A DNA stretch of 39,932 bases from Acidimicrobiaceae bacterium. GTDB taxonomy: Bacteria > Actinomycetota > Acidimicrobiia > Acidimicrobiales > Bog-793. Shown here piece by piece: positions 15,150-24,085 of the stretch; position 1 is the stretch's first letter, and each line of letters opens with the position of its first letter. The notes beneath the pieces were generated by a model. It saw only the letters and a list, made by a program, of their open reading frames with translations. It made no database searches and was not told the origin of the DNA. Location of the stretch: assembly GCA_025463965.1 (NCBI GenBank), contig JAODBN010000394.1, positions 1-39,932 of the forward strand, in the 5' to 3' direction. The translations under genes and the position numbers were made by a program.

Positions 15150-15182
15150 AAGCCCAGCTCAACGAGCTGGGCTTCTTGATTT
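15150..15182 (+). terminator. Rho-independent terminator-like hairpin (probable original tRNA-Leu terminator)
   Basis: AGCCCAGCTC (15151-15160) pairs perfectly with GAGCTGGGCT (15164-15173), followed by TCTTGATTT. It sits 7 nt after the displaced tRNA end. Confidence 0.65.
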
Positions 15183-15216
15183 GCCAACGCAAAGTCATCC
15201 CTCCGGCCACCGTCTT

Positions 15217-15249
15217 GGACACGAGGTGGACACGAGGTGGACACGACAC
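15217..15249 (+). repeat. Tandem 11-bp repeat GGACACGAGGT x2 plus a degenerate third copy (GGACACGACAC); a further GGACAC at 15255
   Basis: Read directly from the sequence. Lies immediately upstream of the integrase remnant. Confidence 0.7.
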
Positions 15250-15264
15250 CTCACGGACACCGTC

Positions 15265-15900
15265 CGGGCACGGAGGAGCTGTGGAGCGTGGGCGAGAACG
15301 TCGCGCGGCCGGGGGGCGGCTACTACCGACTCGAGCTCTCCCGGGCCTGGCGGTCGGCGACGCCAGAAATGGGTCGGCGCGTTCGAGGCCGAGCACAACG
15401 CCAGGGCGCCCTCGCCGCCGTCCAGGTGGACGTGTCCCCCGGGAAGGAGGCGGCGCGCACCTTCGCTGACCTCACCGAGGAGTGGCTGGAGGTCGTCGGG
15501 TCGTGACGGAGACTGGACCGACTCTCGAGTGCCCAGATCCAGCGTTTGTACGTCGCGCACAGCGCTCGTGGAGCGCCCGCGGGACGACTCGAGGGAGCGG
15601 CCGGTCTACTCGCCGGACCAAGTGCGACGCTTCCTCGGGGCAGTGGGCAGCGACCGGTTGCGCGCCCTGTGGCAACTCGTCCCTTACCACGAGGGCTCCG
15701 CCGAGAAGAACTCGCCCGGACTGCGCTGGAGAGACCTCGACCCCGCGGCGTCGCCGCCGCTGCTGACCGTCCGGTCCACCCGCACCACTGCCGGCAACAA
15801 AGTTGTTGAGGGCGATCCGTAGACGCGTTCGGGGCGTCGCACCCTGGTGCTGATGGCCAGAACACGGCGCTGTTGCAGTGATCCCCTGAGCGTGCCTGAC
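15265..15900 (+). pseudogene. Tyrosine recombinase (phage-type integrase) pseudogene: multiple frameshifts, one in-frame TAG, catalytic C-terminal domain missing
   Basis: Integrase-like pieces are spread over three frames: GAVERGRERRAAGG / GGYYRLELSRAWRS / KWVGAFEAEHNAR / VDVSPGKEAARTFADLTEEWLEVV / RPVYSPDQVRRFLGAVGSDRLRALWQLV / GLRWRDLDPAASPPLLTVRSTRTTAGNKVVEGDP-TAG(15820-15822)-TRSGRRTLVL. The R..H..RH..Y catalytic region was not found downstream. The 3' limit is approximate. Confidence 0.6.
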
Positions 15901-16129
15901 CAGAAATCGCGAACTTCCGGTGACCCCTGGCAGTGGTGGTGGTGGCCGGTGGCCTGCACTCGGTGGCGATTCGACCCTTGATGTACGTGAGCAGGTGTTC
16001 GTCGCCTGTGGCCAGCTCCTGGTCCACCTGTTGCTCGGCCGGGGTCGAAAGGGTCTCCTTTTGGATCGGGCGTCAGCTAATCGATCTCATGCAGCAGGCG
16101 CTCTTGATCCGCCAGGTCGCGCTCGTAGG

Positions 16130-16158
16130 TTGACTAGACAACTCATCTGTCCTATTTT
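16130..16158 (+). promoter_or_regulatory. Promoter-like TTGACT-N17-TATTTT with an ACTCATCT operator half-site in the spacer
   Basis: TTGACT at 16130-16135, TATTTT at 16153-16158, ACTCATCT at 16141-16148. Lies 52 nt upstream of the PhyH-family ATG (16210). Confidence 0.5.
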
Positions 16159-16209
16159 CGGACGGATGGACAGACGGCAGCAGCACATCCGTGTTGATGG
16201 GGACCATAA

Positions 16210-17022
16210 ATGACGCACCTTGGCCTGCTGGACGAGCCCCTATCGCTGGACAATCATGTCCGGCAGAGCTTCGACGACGAGGGCTTTGTCAAGATCAAGG
16301 GCGTACTGGATCAAGACGTCATCCGGGCGCTCGAGCCGGAGATCACCGAGAAGGTGATCGAGCTCAACACGATCCATCTGCCAATGGAGCAGCGCTCGAC
16401 CTATGACAAGGCATTCCTCCAGGTCGGCCAGCTGCGGTTCCAGAGTGCTGCGGCGCGGGCGTTCGTGTTCTCCAAGCGCCTAGCCCGAGTTGCTGCAGAA
16501 CTGCTCGGCGTGCGTGGCGTGCGGCTCTACTCGGATCAGGCGCTGTACAAGGAAGGTGGCGGTGGGATCACGCCATGGCACGCGGACCAGTACTACTGGC
16601 CCTTCGCGTCGGACCGCGCTTGCACCGTATGGATCCCGCTGCAGGAGACGCCGCTGGAGATCGGCCCCCTCTCTTTCGCTGTGGGAAGTCACCGCTTCTC
16701 CTTCGGCCGCGACCTAGGAATCAGCGACGAATCCGAATCAGCGCTCCAAGGAGCGGTAGAGGCACAGAATTTCGAGGTGGTTGAAGAGCCCTATGAGGTG
16801 GGTGAGGTGAGCTACCACCTCGGCTGGACGTTCCATAGGGCCAGCCCCAATCGCACTTCCATCCCACGACGCGTGATGACGGTCATCTATATGGACGTCG
16901 ACATGGTCGTCGCCGAGCCCTCCAACACCTCTCAAGCCAACGACCTTCGCTTCGAGATGCCCGGTGCCGTTCCCGGGGCGGTGCCCGACACGCCGTACAA
17001 CCCGGAGCTCTACGCGCGCTGA
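16210..17022 (+). CDS. Phytanoyl-CoA dioxygenase (PhyH) family Fe(II)/2-oxoglutarate oxygenase
   Basis: ORF 16210..17022. FDDEGFVKIKGVL N-terminus, WHADQYYW (HxD iron ligands) and a later GSHRF, all typical of PhyH family proteins. Confidence 0.8.
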   Translation: MTHLGLLDEPLSLDNHVRQSFDDEGFVKIKGVLDQDVIRALEPEITEKVIELNTIHLPMEQRSTYDKAFLQVGQLRFQSAAARAFVFSKRLARVAAELLGVRGVRLYSDQALYKEGGGGITPWHADQYYWPFASDRACTVWIPLQETPLEIGPLSFAVGSHRFSFGRDLGISDESESALQGAVEAQNFEVVEEPYEVGEVSYHLGWTFHRASPNRTSIPRRVMTVIYMDVDMVVAEPSNTSQANDLRFEMPGAVPGAVPDTPYNPELYAR

Positions 17023-17281
17023 GACAGTTCCTCGTCGACATGCGTCTCGTCTTCCGACCGGCACACCAGCTGCAGCGCACATGGTGCGCCAACCAACCGC
17101 CGGCGACAACCCGGCGGAACCGGGCGTCATCCTCGTCGCCGGAACCATCTGCCCCCAGCGACGACGGCTCTCGCGCCGCTTCGCGCGAGAGCCGATGTCC
17201 ACGGCATCGACGCCCGCAGCAGGTCTCAAAGCGCGGGCGCGGTCACTGTGGCGGTAAGAGTTGCGGAGATGAGGTGCCAAA

Positions 17282-17977
17282 GTGATGTCTGGGGAGACTG
17301 TTGACGGCAGCGCCCGTGGCGTGCATCTGTCTGCGTCCATCATGTGTGGGGACTTGGGCGCACTACGAGACGAAGTTTGTCGACTGGAAGAGTCAGGCGT
17401 GGACTCGCTCCACGTCGACGTAATGGACGGCAACTTCGTCCCGAACTTGACGTTCGGCCCGGACACCGTCCGAATGCTTCGGGAGGCGACAAGGCTGCCG
17501 CTGCACGTGCACATGATGGTGACTCAGCCAGAGCGCCTCGTCGCTCCATTCGCCGACGCGGGCGCCGATGTGTATCTCTTCCACGTCGAGGCCGAGCCGT
17601 TTCCTGGTCGACTTTCGAACCAGATTGTCAATTCCGGCATGGTGCCCGGCGTGGCAATCAATCCCTTCACCCCGGTTGGGCCGGCGGCAGATCTCGCGCT
17701 TCCCTACGTGCTCGTGATGTCGGTCGAGCCTGGCTTCGCCGGCCAGAAGTGGATCGCCACGACGGAGCGACGAGTCGGAGAGCTCCGAGAAGCGGTGGGG
17801 TCGGCCTCGGTAATCGGCATCGACGGCAACGTGAATCTTGAGCATGCCGCTGGCGCGCGCGACCAGGGTGCGACGCTGTTCGTATGCGGCACCTCGAGCC
17901 TCTTTGGCCGGCCGAACTATCATGCTGCCGTCGACGAGTTCCGCACGCGTCTGATGGCGAGCGCCGGAGTCCGGTGA
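17282..17977 (+). CDS. Ribulose-phosphate 3-epimerase family protein (Rpe/AlsE-like)
   Basis: ORF 17282..17977. LHVDVMDGNFVPNLTFG, MSVEPGFAGQKW and IDGNVN motifs. Confidence 0.85.
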   Translation: MMSGETVDGSARGVHLSASIMCGDLGALRDEVCRLEESGVDSLHVDVMDGNFVPNLTFGPDTVRMLREATRLPLHVHMMVTQPERLVAPFADAGADVYLFHVEAEPFPGRLSNQIVNSGMVPGVAINPFTPVGPAADLALPYVLVMSVEPGFAGQKWIATTERRVGELREAVGSASVIGIDGNVNLEHAAGARDQGATLFVCGTSSLFGRPNYHAAVDEFRTRLMASAGVR

Positions 17978-18002
17978 CGGAGCCGGCAACGGCACGATCG
18001 GA

Positions 18003-18986
18003 TTGACCGCGGTGATCGACGAAGGAGAAACGGAATCGCGCCGTGTCGCGCTCGGCATCGACGTCGGGGGCAGCACCATCAAGGCGGGGGCTGTCGATGC
18101 CTTGGGCCACGTGCTCGAGGTGCTGCGGATCCCCACACCGACAAGCACCACTCGTCCCGAAGAAGTCATTGCGGCGGTGGTCGAGGCGGCATCGCGGACT
18201 ACGGCACGACTGCAGCAGCCGCCGGTCGGCATCGCCGTCTCCACGCCAGCATTTTCCGAGGGCCCGGAGTGGACGCAGCGTCTGTGCTCAAACGTGCCCG
18301 CCCTCGATAACTTTCCGATCCGAGGGCCGCTCGTCGAGGCCTTCGGGCCGTCCGTCCGCTGGGAGTACGACACCAACGCGGCGTTACTCGCCGAGCTGCG
18401 ATTTGGGCAGGCTCGGCAATTCGAGCGCGTCATGTATATGGGCATCGGCACCGGCATTTCTTCGGCCGTGGCAATCGGTGGCGAGCTCGTGCGCCACACG
18501 TTCGCAACCTGCGGGAATACCGGCCATGTGATCGTCGATGCGTCCGGACCACCATGCACGTGCGGCGGTACCGGCTGCCTCGAGGCGGTCACGACTGCCT
18601 GGGCGCTGCGCCGCTCGGCGTCCGAGCTGGCCCGCGCCGGACAGAGCGAACAGCTCGCCGCGCTGTACGCGAAAGGCTGTGAGGTCGACGTGGCGGACAT
18701 TCACCGCGCGGCGGTGGACGGGGACGGCGGTGCCACCCGCCTCCTTGCGACAGCAGGACGTGCGCTCGGCGTAGCGCTGGCCTCCTTGATCCACATCTAC
18801 TTTCCCGACGCCATCATCTTCGGCGGCGGCGTTTCTGGTGCAGGTGAATTCCTTCTCGGTCCGGCACGTGTGGCGCTCGAGCAGCACGCTGCCCCTGACT
18901 GCTACACGCGCCTGCAGGCGTTCGAGCAGGGAAGGCTCGGTCCCGACGCCGGCGTCATCGGTTTGGCGTCCCTTTTCTTCGGATGA
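18003..18986 (+). CDS. ROK family sugar kinase (no N-terminal HTH)
   Basis: ORF 18003..18986. GIDVGGSTIKAG ATP-binding motif and zinc motif GHVIVDASGPPCTCGGTGCLE. The start could be TTG 18003 or GTG 18012. Confidence 0.8.
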   Translation: MTAVIDEGETESRRVALGIDVGGSTIKAGAVDALGHVLEVLRIPTPTSTTRPEEVIAAVVEAASRTTARLQQPPVGIAVSTPAFSEGPEWTQRLCSNVPALDNFPIRGPLVEAFGPSVRWEYDTNAALLAELRFGQARQFERVMYMGIGTGISSAVAIGGELVRHTFATCGNTGHVIVDASGPPCTCGGTGCLEAVTTAWALRRSASELARAGQSEQLAALYAKGCEVDVADIHRAAVDGDGGATRLLATAGRALGVALASLIHIYFPDAIIFGGGVSGAGEFLLGPARVALEQHAAPDCYTRLQAFEQGRLGPDAGVIGLASLFFG

Positions 18987-19208
18987 GGCTGAGGCGCACC
19001 CCGGGCCGCCCGGCTACGTCGGTGGGGCGGCGTACCAAGTCGCCGTGGTCTGCTCGTCCGCGGTGAGAATCCCTCCCGGCGGTTACGCCACGGTGGCTCA
19101 CGACTCACCGCTCGGCTCGCGTTGCAGGTGAGGGAGCGGGGCTCCTCCACGAGGTCTCCCTGCTTCTTTACGGTTCGTTGTAGCTCCGTCCGAGCAGCCG
19201 GTGTGGGA

Positions 19209-19233
19209 TAGAGTAGTGAGCTAGATGAGTACC
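19209..19233 (+). promoter_or_regulatory. Operator-like CTAGATGAGT (19221-19230) overlapping the predicted ATG of the FAD oxidase; TAGAGT -10-like hexamer at 19209-19214
   Basis: An exact copy of the recurring 10-mer. The ATG at 19225-19227 lies inside it. Confidence 0.5.
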
Positions 19234-20628
19234 TGGGAAAAGCAATTCATCGAGCAGTTTCCTGAGTGCGCCCGGCCGCTCGAGGACCAGCTTCTCGACG
19301 TCTGGCCGGTCTCGCTCAAGCGCCTCCGATCGGGACACGGTACGCGCCTTTCTGGCGTCGTCGCCTCGCCGAGGAGCAGCGATGAGGCGGCGGTCATCAT
19401 TCGGTGGTCAGCTCGCCATGAGGTACCCGTCGTCCCACGAGGCGGTGGCTCCTCGGTGACGGGCAGCCCGCTGCCATCGGCCGGGTTCGTGCTGCTCGAC
19501 ACCCGTAGCCTGAATCGGATCGTCGACATTGACGCCGTGGACGGCCTCGTCCACGTCCAAGCCGGCGTCCTCGGTAGCGACCTCGAAGAGGCGTTACAGG
19601 CCGAAGGGCTGACGACGTGGTTCTCGCCGCAGTCGCTCGACCGGTCGACGGTCGGCGGCTGGGTCGCGACGAGGGCGAGCGGACAGTTCTCGTCGCGCTG
19701 GGGTGGGATCGAGGACGCGGTCGTCTGCCTCACCGTCGTGCTGGCGAACGGCGCGATCGTCCGAGTCGGCACGCCGCCCCGAGGTGCAGTGGGCCCCGAC
19801 CTACGGTCGCTGTTCATCGGCAGCGAGGGCGCCTTAGGCGTCATTACGGAGGTCACGTTGCGGGTCTATCCGCTGAGCCCGGTGGCGTTGTCGACGTTCG
19901 CGCTGAAGGACATTCCCTCGGGCCTTGAGGTGATCCGTCGGCTCATGCAGTCAGGTGTGAGTCCTGCCCTACTGCGGCTCTACGACAAGGACGAGGCGTA
20001 CCACCTACAAGCGCCATCACCGGGTTCCGCTCCGATTCTCATCGCCGGCTTCGCCGGTCAGGAGGAGATCGCTGCCGCCGAGCAGCGTGTCGCTCGACGG
20101 TTGCTCGTCGACGCAGAGGCAGAAGACCTCGGTCCGGATGCCGCTGAGGCGTGGTTCAAGAACCGCTATGACTTCTCGCGTCTCGAGGCGCTCCTGGACA
20201 AGCCAGGGGGCTACGCGGAGACGATCGAAGTCGCCTTCGGCTGGCGTCGGGCGCACGGCTCCTACCTCGAGCTGAAGGAGGCACTCCGACCCCGCTCGGA
20301 TGAGGTGCTCGGCCACTTCTCGCATGCGTACAGCGACGGGATCTCCTGCTACCTCATCGCCACCGGTGAGCTCGACACCGACCCTGCGGCGCTCGAGCGG
20401 CTCGAGCAAATCTGGCGGGTGACGATGGAGACGGCGCTTGCATGTGGGGCGGTCATCTCGCACCATCACGGGGTGGGGACGGCCCGACTGCCGTACCTGG
20501 CCCGCCAGCTCGGTGGCGGCTACGACATCCTCACGACGCTGAAGCACGCGTTGGACCCTCGACAGCTCTGCCACCCGGGCAGCCTCGTCGACCCGGAAGG
20601 CCAAGGTAAACCGCCATGCGGACTGTGA
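19225..20628 (+). CDS. FAD-binding oxidoreductase (FAD_binding_4 / GlcD-, alkyl-DHAP-synthase-like)
   Basis: ORF 19225..20628. VVASPRSSDEAAVIIRWSARHEVPVVPRGGGSSVTG is the PCMH-type FAD-binding signature. C-terminal HHHGVG motif. Confidence 0.8.
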   Translation: MSTWEKQFIEQFPECARPLEDQLLDVWPVSLKRLRSGHGTRLSGVVASPRSSDEAAVIIRWSARHEVPVVPRGGGSSVTGSPLPSAGFVLLDTRSLNRIVDIDAVDGLVHVQAGVLGSDLEEALQAEGLTTWFSPQSLDRSTVGGWVATRASGQFSSRWGGIEDAVVCLTVVLANGAIVRVGTPPRGAVGPDLRSLFIGSEGALGVITEVTLRVYPLSPVALSTFALKDIPSGLEVIRRLMQSGVSPALLRLYDKDEAYHLQAPSPGSAPILIAGFAGQEEIAAAEQRVARRLLVDAEAEDLGPDAAEAWFKNRYDFSRLEALLDKPGGYAETIEVAFGWRRAHGSYLELKEALRPRSDEVLGHFSHAYSDGISCYLIATGELDTDPAALERLEQIWRVTMETALACGAVISHHHGVGTARLPYLARQLGGGYDILTTLKHALDPRQLCHPGSLVDPEGQGKPPCGL

Positions 20629-22493
20629 CCAGAGAACACGTCCTTCACCGGCTGCGCATGGCAACCGATAGCGGACGCGCCCTGCTCGCCTGTGGCGCAG
20701 CCAACGGACTCGTCGCCGCGGCGGCCGAGGCGGGTGGCGCCGACCTCATCGTCGTCTACAGCTCGGGCAAGTTCCGGGCGGCGGGGCGCAGCTCACTCAG
20801 TGCGCTGATGCCGTATGGCAATGCCAACGAGATCGTCCTCGCCATGCTGCCCGAGATCCGAACTGCGCTCGGCGACTGCCCCGTCGTCGCGGCGCTATGC
20901 GGTACCGACCCGACGACCTCGCTCGAGGCGCTTGTCAGGGCGGCGGCAGAGCGCGGTGCGAGCGGCGTGCAGAACTTCCCGACGATCGGTATGTTCGGCC
21001 ACGAATTCCGAGAGGATCTGGAAGCGACCGGCATCTCGTTCGAGCAGGAGATCGAGTTGCTCCGAGCGGCGCGTCGAGCGGATCTCCTCACCTGCGGCTA
21101 CGTCACCAACGAAGAGGACGCAGCTGCGATGGCACTGGCGGGCGTCGACGTGATCGTTCCCCTCCTCGGCGTGACGCGATACCGGAACGGCGACGACGCT
21201 GTCGCGGACGCGGCGGCTCGCATTTCGGCGCTGGCGGACGCAGCGCTCGCTGTTCGCGACGACCTGCTGCTCCTGTTCCACGGCGGACCGGTTGCAGAGC
21301 CGTCCCAGGTGCAACGCTGCTTGAAGCTGGTCCCCGCTCTTCATGGGTATATCGCGGCATCCTCGGTCGAGCGCACGCCGGTGGCCCGTGCCGTTTCCGC
21401 GGCGGCGCGGGCCTTTGTCGAGGTGCGTCGCGCTGCAGGCGAGCATCCCATTGCCGAGGCGTCGCCCGACTTCAGCACGCCGCCGCCGGACCTCCCGCTC
21501 GAGCTGACCGCGGACACCCTCGCGGAGTACCTGGCGAAGAAGGGAATTGTCGCAGCGGCTGACAACGTCGAGGTGGACGAGCTCAGTGGCGGCCTCTCGA
21601 ACGTCGTGCTGAGGTGGCGTTCCAGTGGGCAGTCGGGCGTGATCAAGCAGTCGAGACCGAGGTTGCGGGTCGCCGAGGAATGGCGCGCCGACGTCCGGCG
21701 CATCGTGAACGAGTACGAAGCCATCAGCTACCTTGCCCCCCGAGTTCACCGCGGTCGCCTGCCGACGATCACTTTCACGGACCCGACGCTGCTCGCGTTC
21801 GGAATGGAGGAGGTTTCCGCCGACGCACGGCTCTGGAAACCGGAGCTGCTTGCCGGCACCATCCACGAGGAGCGCGCGCAACAGGCGGGAGCCTTGCTCG
21901 CCGACATCCACAATGCGACTCGAGACGAGCCGACCTTGCGACGGCGCTTCCTCGCCGAGCCGCTGCTGACGCAGAATCGACTGGACCCGTGGTACCGGGC
22001 GGCCGCTCGTTGCCACCCCGACCTCGCCGCATCCTTCGAGTACGCGATCTCCCGGCTGCTCGAGGTGAAACAGGTCCTCGTGCACGGTGACTTCGTGCCG
22101 AAGAACCTCTTCCTGCTCGAGGGAGAGCTCTTTGTCGTCGACTTCGAAGTCACGCACTTCGGCAATCCGGGCTATGACGTCGCGACGTTTGTCAACCACA
22201 TGATGCTGAAGGGGTTCGCATTGCCCGAGCACCGTCAGGCCTTCGGCCGGTTGGCCTCGACCATGTGGGAGAGCTACCGCAACCTCTGGGACGGCGACCA
22301 GGCCGTGGTCCAACAGGAAGCGCTCGTACAGCTGGGCGCGCTCATGCTCGCCCGCGTCGACGGAAAGTCCAAAGTCGAATACCTCGCAGGCACAGAGCAC
22401 GCCGCCGAGGCACGTGACTTCGGGCGGTGGCTGCTGCGGAACCGCCCGGCATCCGTCGGTGAAGTACTCACTCGCTACGCCGGTCATCTCTAG
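20616..22493 (+). CDS. Fusion protein: N-terminal phosphoenolpyruvate-hydrolase-like TIM barrel (PF09370-like) + C-terminal APH/methylthioribose-kinase-like kinase domain
   Basis: ORF 20616..22493 (625 aa) overlaps the upstream gene by 13 nt. N-terminus: GAANGLVAAAAEAGGADLIVVYSSGKFRAAGRSSLSALMPYGNANEIV...GVQNFPTIG...HGGP. C-terminus: ELSGGLSNVVLRW...VLVHGDFVPKNLFL...VVDFEVTHFGNPGYDVA (Brenner HGD and DFE motifs). Confidence 0.75.
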   Translation: MRTVTREHVLHRLRMATDSGRALLACGAANGLVAAAAEAGGADLIVVYSSGKFRAAGRSSLSALMPYGNANEIVLAMLPEIRTALGDCPVVAALCGTDPTTSLEALVRAAAERGASGVQNFPTIGMFGHEFREDLEATGISFEQEIELLRAARRADLLTCGYVTNEEDAAAMALAGVDVIVPLLGVTRYRNGDDAVADAAARISALADAALAVRDDLLLLFHGGPVAEPSQVQRCLKLVPALHGYIAASSVERTPVARAVSAAARAFVEVRRAAGEHPIAEASPDFSTPPPDLPLELTADTLAEYLAKKGIVAAADNVEVDELSGGLSNVVLRWRSSGQSGVIKQSRPRLRVAEEWRADVRRIVNEYEAISYLAPRVHRGRLPTITFTDPTLLAFGMEEVSADARLWKPELLAGTIHEERAQQAGALLADIHNATRDEPTLRRRFLAEPLLTQNRLDPWYRAAARCHPDLAASFEYAISRLLEVKQVLVHGDFVPKNLFLLEGELFVVDFEVTHFGNPGYDVATFVNHMMLKGFALPEHRQAFGRLASTMWESYRNLWDGDQAVVQQEALVQLGALMLARVDGKSKVEYLAGTEHAAEARDFGRWLLRNRPASVGEVLTRYAGHL

Positions 22494-22553
22494 GACATGC
22501 CGCCGCATCGGCGCGCCTACCACGGGCATCGGCCACCCAGTGATCTTTCCGCG

Positions 22554-22608
22554 TTGACACCATCACGACGAGCTGTACACTCACTCATCTAGCTCGGCGA
22601 GCTAGATG
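22554..22608 (+). promoter_or_regulatory. Promoter-like TTGACA-N16-TACACT followed by a perfect 10-3-10 palindrome CATCTAGCTC-GGC-GAGCTAGATG
   Basis: TTGACA at 22554-22559, TACACT at 22576-22581, palindrome at 22586-22608 (contains ACTCATCTAG at 22583-22592). Lies upstream of the SBP gene, whose RBS is GGAGGGGGAG. Confidence 0.65.
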
Positions 22609-22726
22609 GCATCGGTGCCTGAGCCGAGGGGCGCAGAGGAAGGATTCACGCCACTCCGGCCGAACCCAGCGCCGACGTCCGGCTGGGTACTTTTTCGTAA
22701 GCGCTGCTTGGACTAGGAGGGGGAGT

Positions 22727-24067
22727 ATGAGAAGGCTGAAGAGAGCCGCCATCTCGGCGGGAGTAGCGGTCGCATCGCTCGCCGGTATGGGCGGGATCGC
22801 TGGGGCGAGCCAGGGATCCCATCACAAGAACGTCACTGAGCCGACGATCACGGTCTGGGACCAGAACACGACGAGCAACCTGGACCCGATCTACAACCAC
22901 CTCGTCTCACTGTTCGAGAAGCAGTACCACGTGAAGGTCGATCGCATCACGAAGCCCTTCACGCAGATCCTGCAGCAGCAAAAGCTGGCGCTGTCGGGCC
23001 CGAATCCCCCGGACATCGTCCAGTCGAACCAGGGCTACGGTGCCGAAGGCCCAGAGGCCGCTGCCAAGCTCATCGTCCCGCTAGACAAGTATGCCAAGCA
23101 GTACCATTGGGCGAGTTGCCAGCCCTCGTCGATCTTGAATGGCGGGGATTTCAGCTCGGACGGCAAACACTTCGGCAGCGGCCGGCTCTACGGGGTTTCC
23201 GACATCCTCAATTTAGTTGGGGTGTACTACAACAAGGCGCTGCTGAATAAGATCCACGTCTCCCAACAGATTTCGACGCTCACGGATTTCCAGTCCGTGC
23301 TCGCCAAGGCCAAGAAGGCTGGCATCACACCGATCGCCTTCGGCGATCTCGAGCAGTGGCCCGGCATCCACGAGTACCAGAGCCTCTGGGATGTCTACGC
23401 CCCGAGCGCCCAGGCCCTGACCCGCTACGTCTACGGCACCGGCCCAGCCACCGCCGTCACGCCATACGCGAAGCAGGCGGCCACCACGCTGCAGACCTGG
23501 GCCAAGGACGGCTACTTCGAAAGCGGCTTCAACGGGGTCACCTACGAGAACGGCACGAACGCGTTCCTACACGGGAAGGCGCTGTTCTACATCGACGGCA
23601 ACTGGGTGAATGGCTCGGTCGCCCCGGTCCTGGGCAAGAACGTCGGCGTAATGCTCATGCCCGAGGCGAAGGCGGGGGCACCGGTCCTTGCCACGGGCAG
23701 CGGCGGCAATGCGTACGTGATTGCAGCCCGTTCCAAGCACCAGGCCCTCGCGGCGGAGTATCTGAACTTCATCGCCTGCTCGAGCACGGCGGCCAAGTAC
23801 TTCATCTCGCAAGGGCAGGTTCCGCTGTACCTGCCGAAGTCCGTCGTCGCAGGAGTGCAGTCCGGCACCACGCTGGCACAATGGATCCACCTGTACAACC
23901 AGGTCGCCGCTGACAACGGCGTAATCATGTTCATGGACCTCTCAACAGACGACGGCACCACGTACATCGGCCAGCAGCTTCAGTCGCTGCTTGGTTTGAA
24001 GATGCAGCCGAGCAGCTTCGTCCAGGCAATCGAGTCCGACTACTCGCATTTCCACAGCTCGCTCTGA
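22727..24067 (+). CDS. ABC transporter extracellular solute-binding protein, family 1 (carbohydrate type)
   Basis: ORF 22727..24067. Signal peptide, then ITVWDQNTTS...; size and composition are typical of sugar SBPs. Two MalFG-type permease genes follow. Confidence 0.8.
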   Translation: MRRLKRAAISAGVAVASLAGMGGIAGASQGSHHKNVTEPTITVWDQNTTSNLDPIYNHLVSLFEKQYHVKVDRITKPFTQILQQQKLALSGPNPPDIVQSNQGYGAEGPEAAAKLIVPLDKYAKQYHWASCQPSSILNGGDFSSDGKHFGSGRLYGVSDILNLVGVYYNKALLNKIHVSQQISTLTDFQSVLAKAKKAGITPIAFGDLEQWPGIHEYQSLWDVYAPSAQALTRYVYGTGPATAVTPYAKQAATTLQTWAKDGYFESGFNGVTYENGTNAFLHGKALFYIDGNWVNGSVAPVLGKNVGVMLMPEAKAGAPVLATGSGGNAYVIAARSKHQALAAEYLNFIACSSTAAKYFISQGQVPLYLPKSVVAGVQSGTTLAQWIHLYNQVAADNGVIMFMDLSTDDGTTYIGQQLQSLLGLKMQPSSFVQAIESDYSHFHSSL

Positions 24068-24085
24068 GACACTGAGCATTCGACG

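Noticed and set aside
15323-16027. A 234-aa minus-strand ORF covering the integrase remnant region
   Set aside because: Its sequence is low-complexity and lies antisense to recognisable integrase fragments. No motif was found. It is probably non-coding debris of a decayed element.
16738-17514. A 258-aa minus-strand ORF bridging the PhyH and epimerase genes, plus a 10-bp perfect hairpin GGCTCTCGCG/CGCGAGAGCC at 17166-17193 in the intergenic gap
   Set aside because: The ORF overlaps two well-supported plus-strand genes and has no family features. The hairpin lacks a T-tract and any repeated partner, so I do not call it a terminator or regulatory element.
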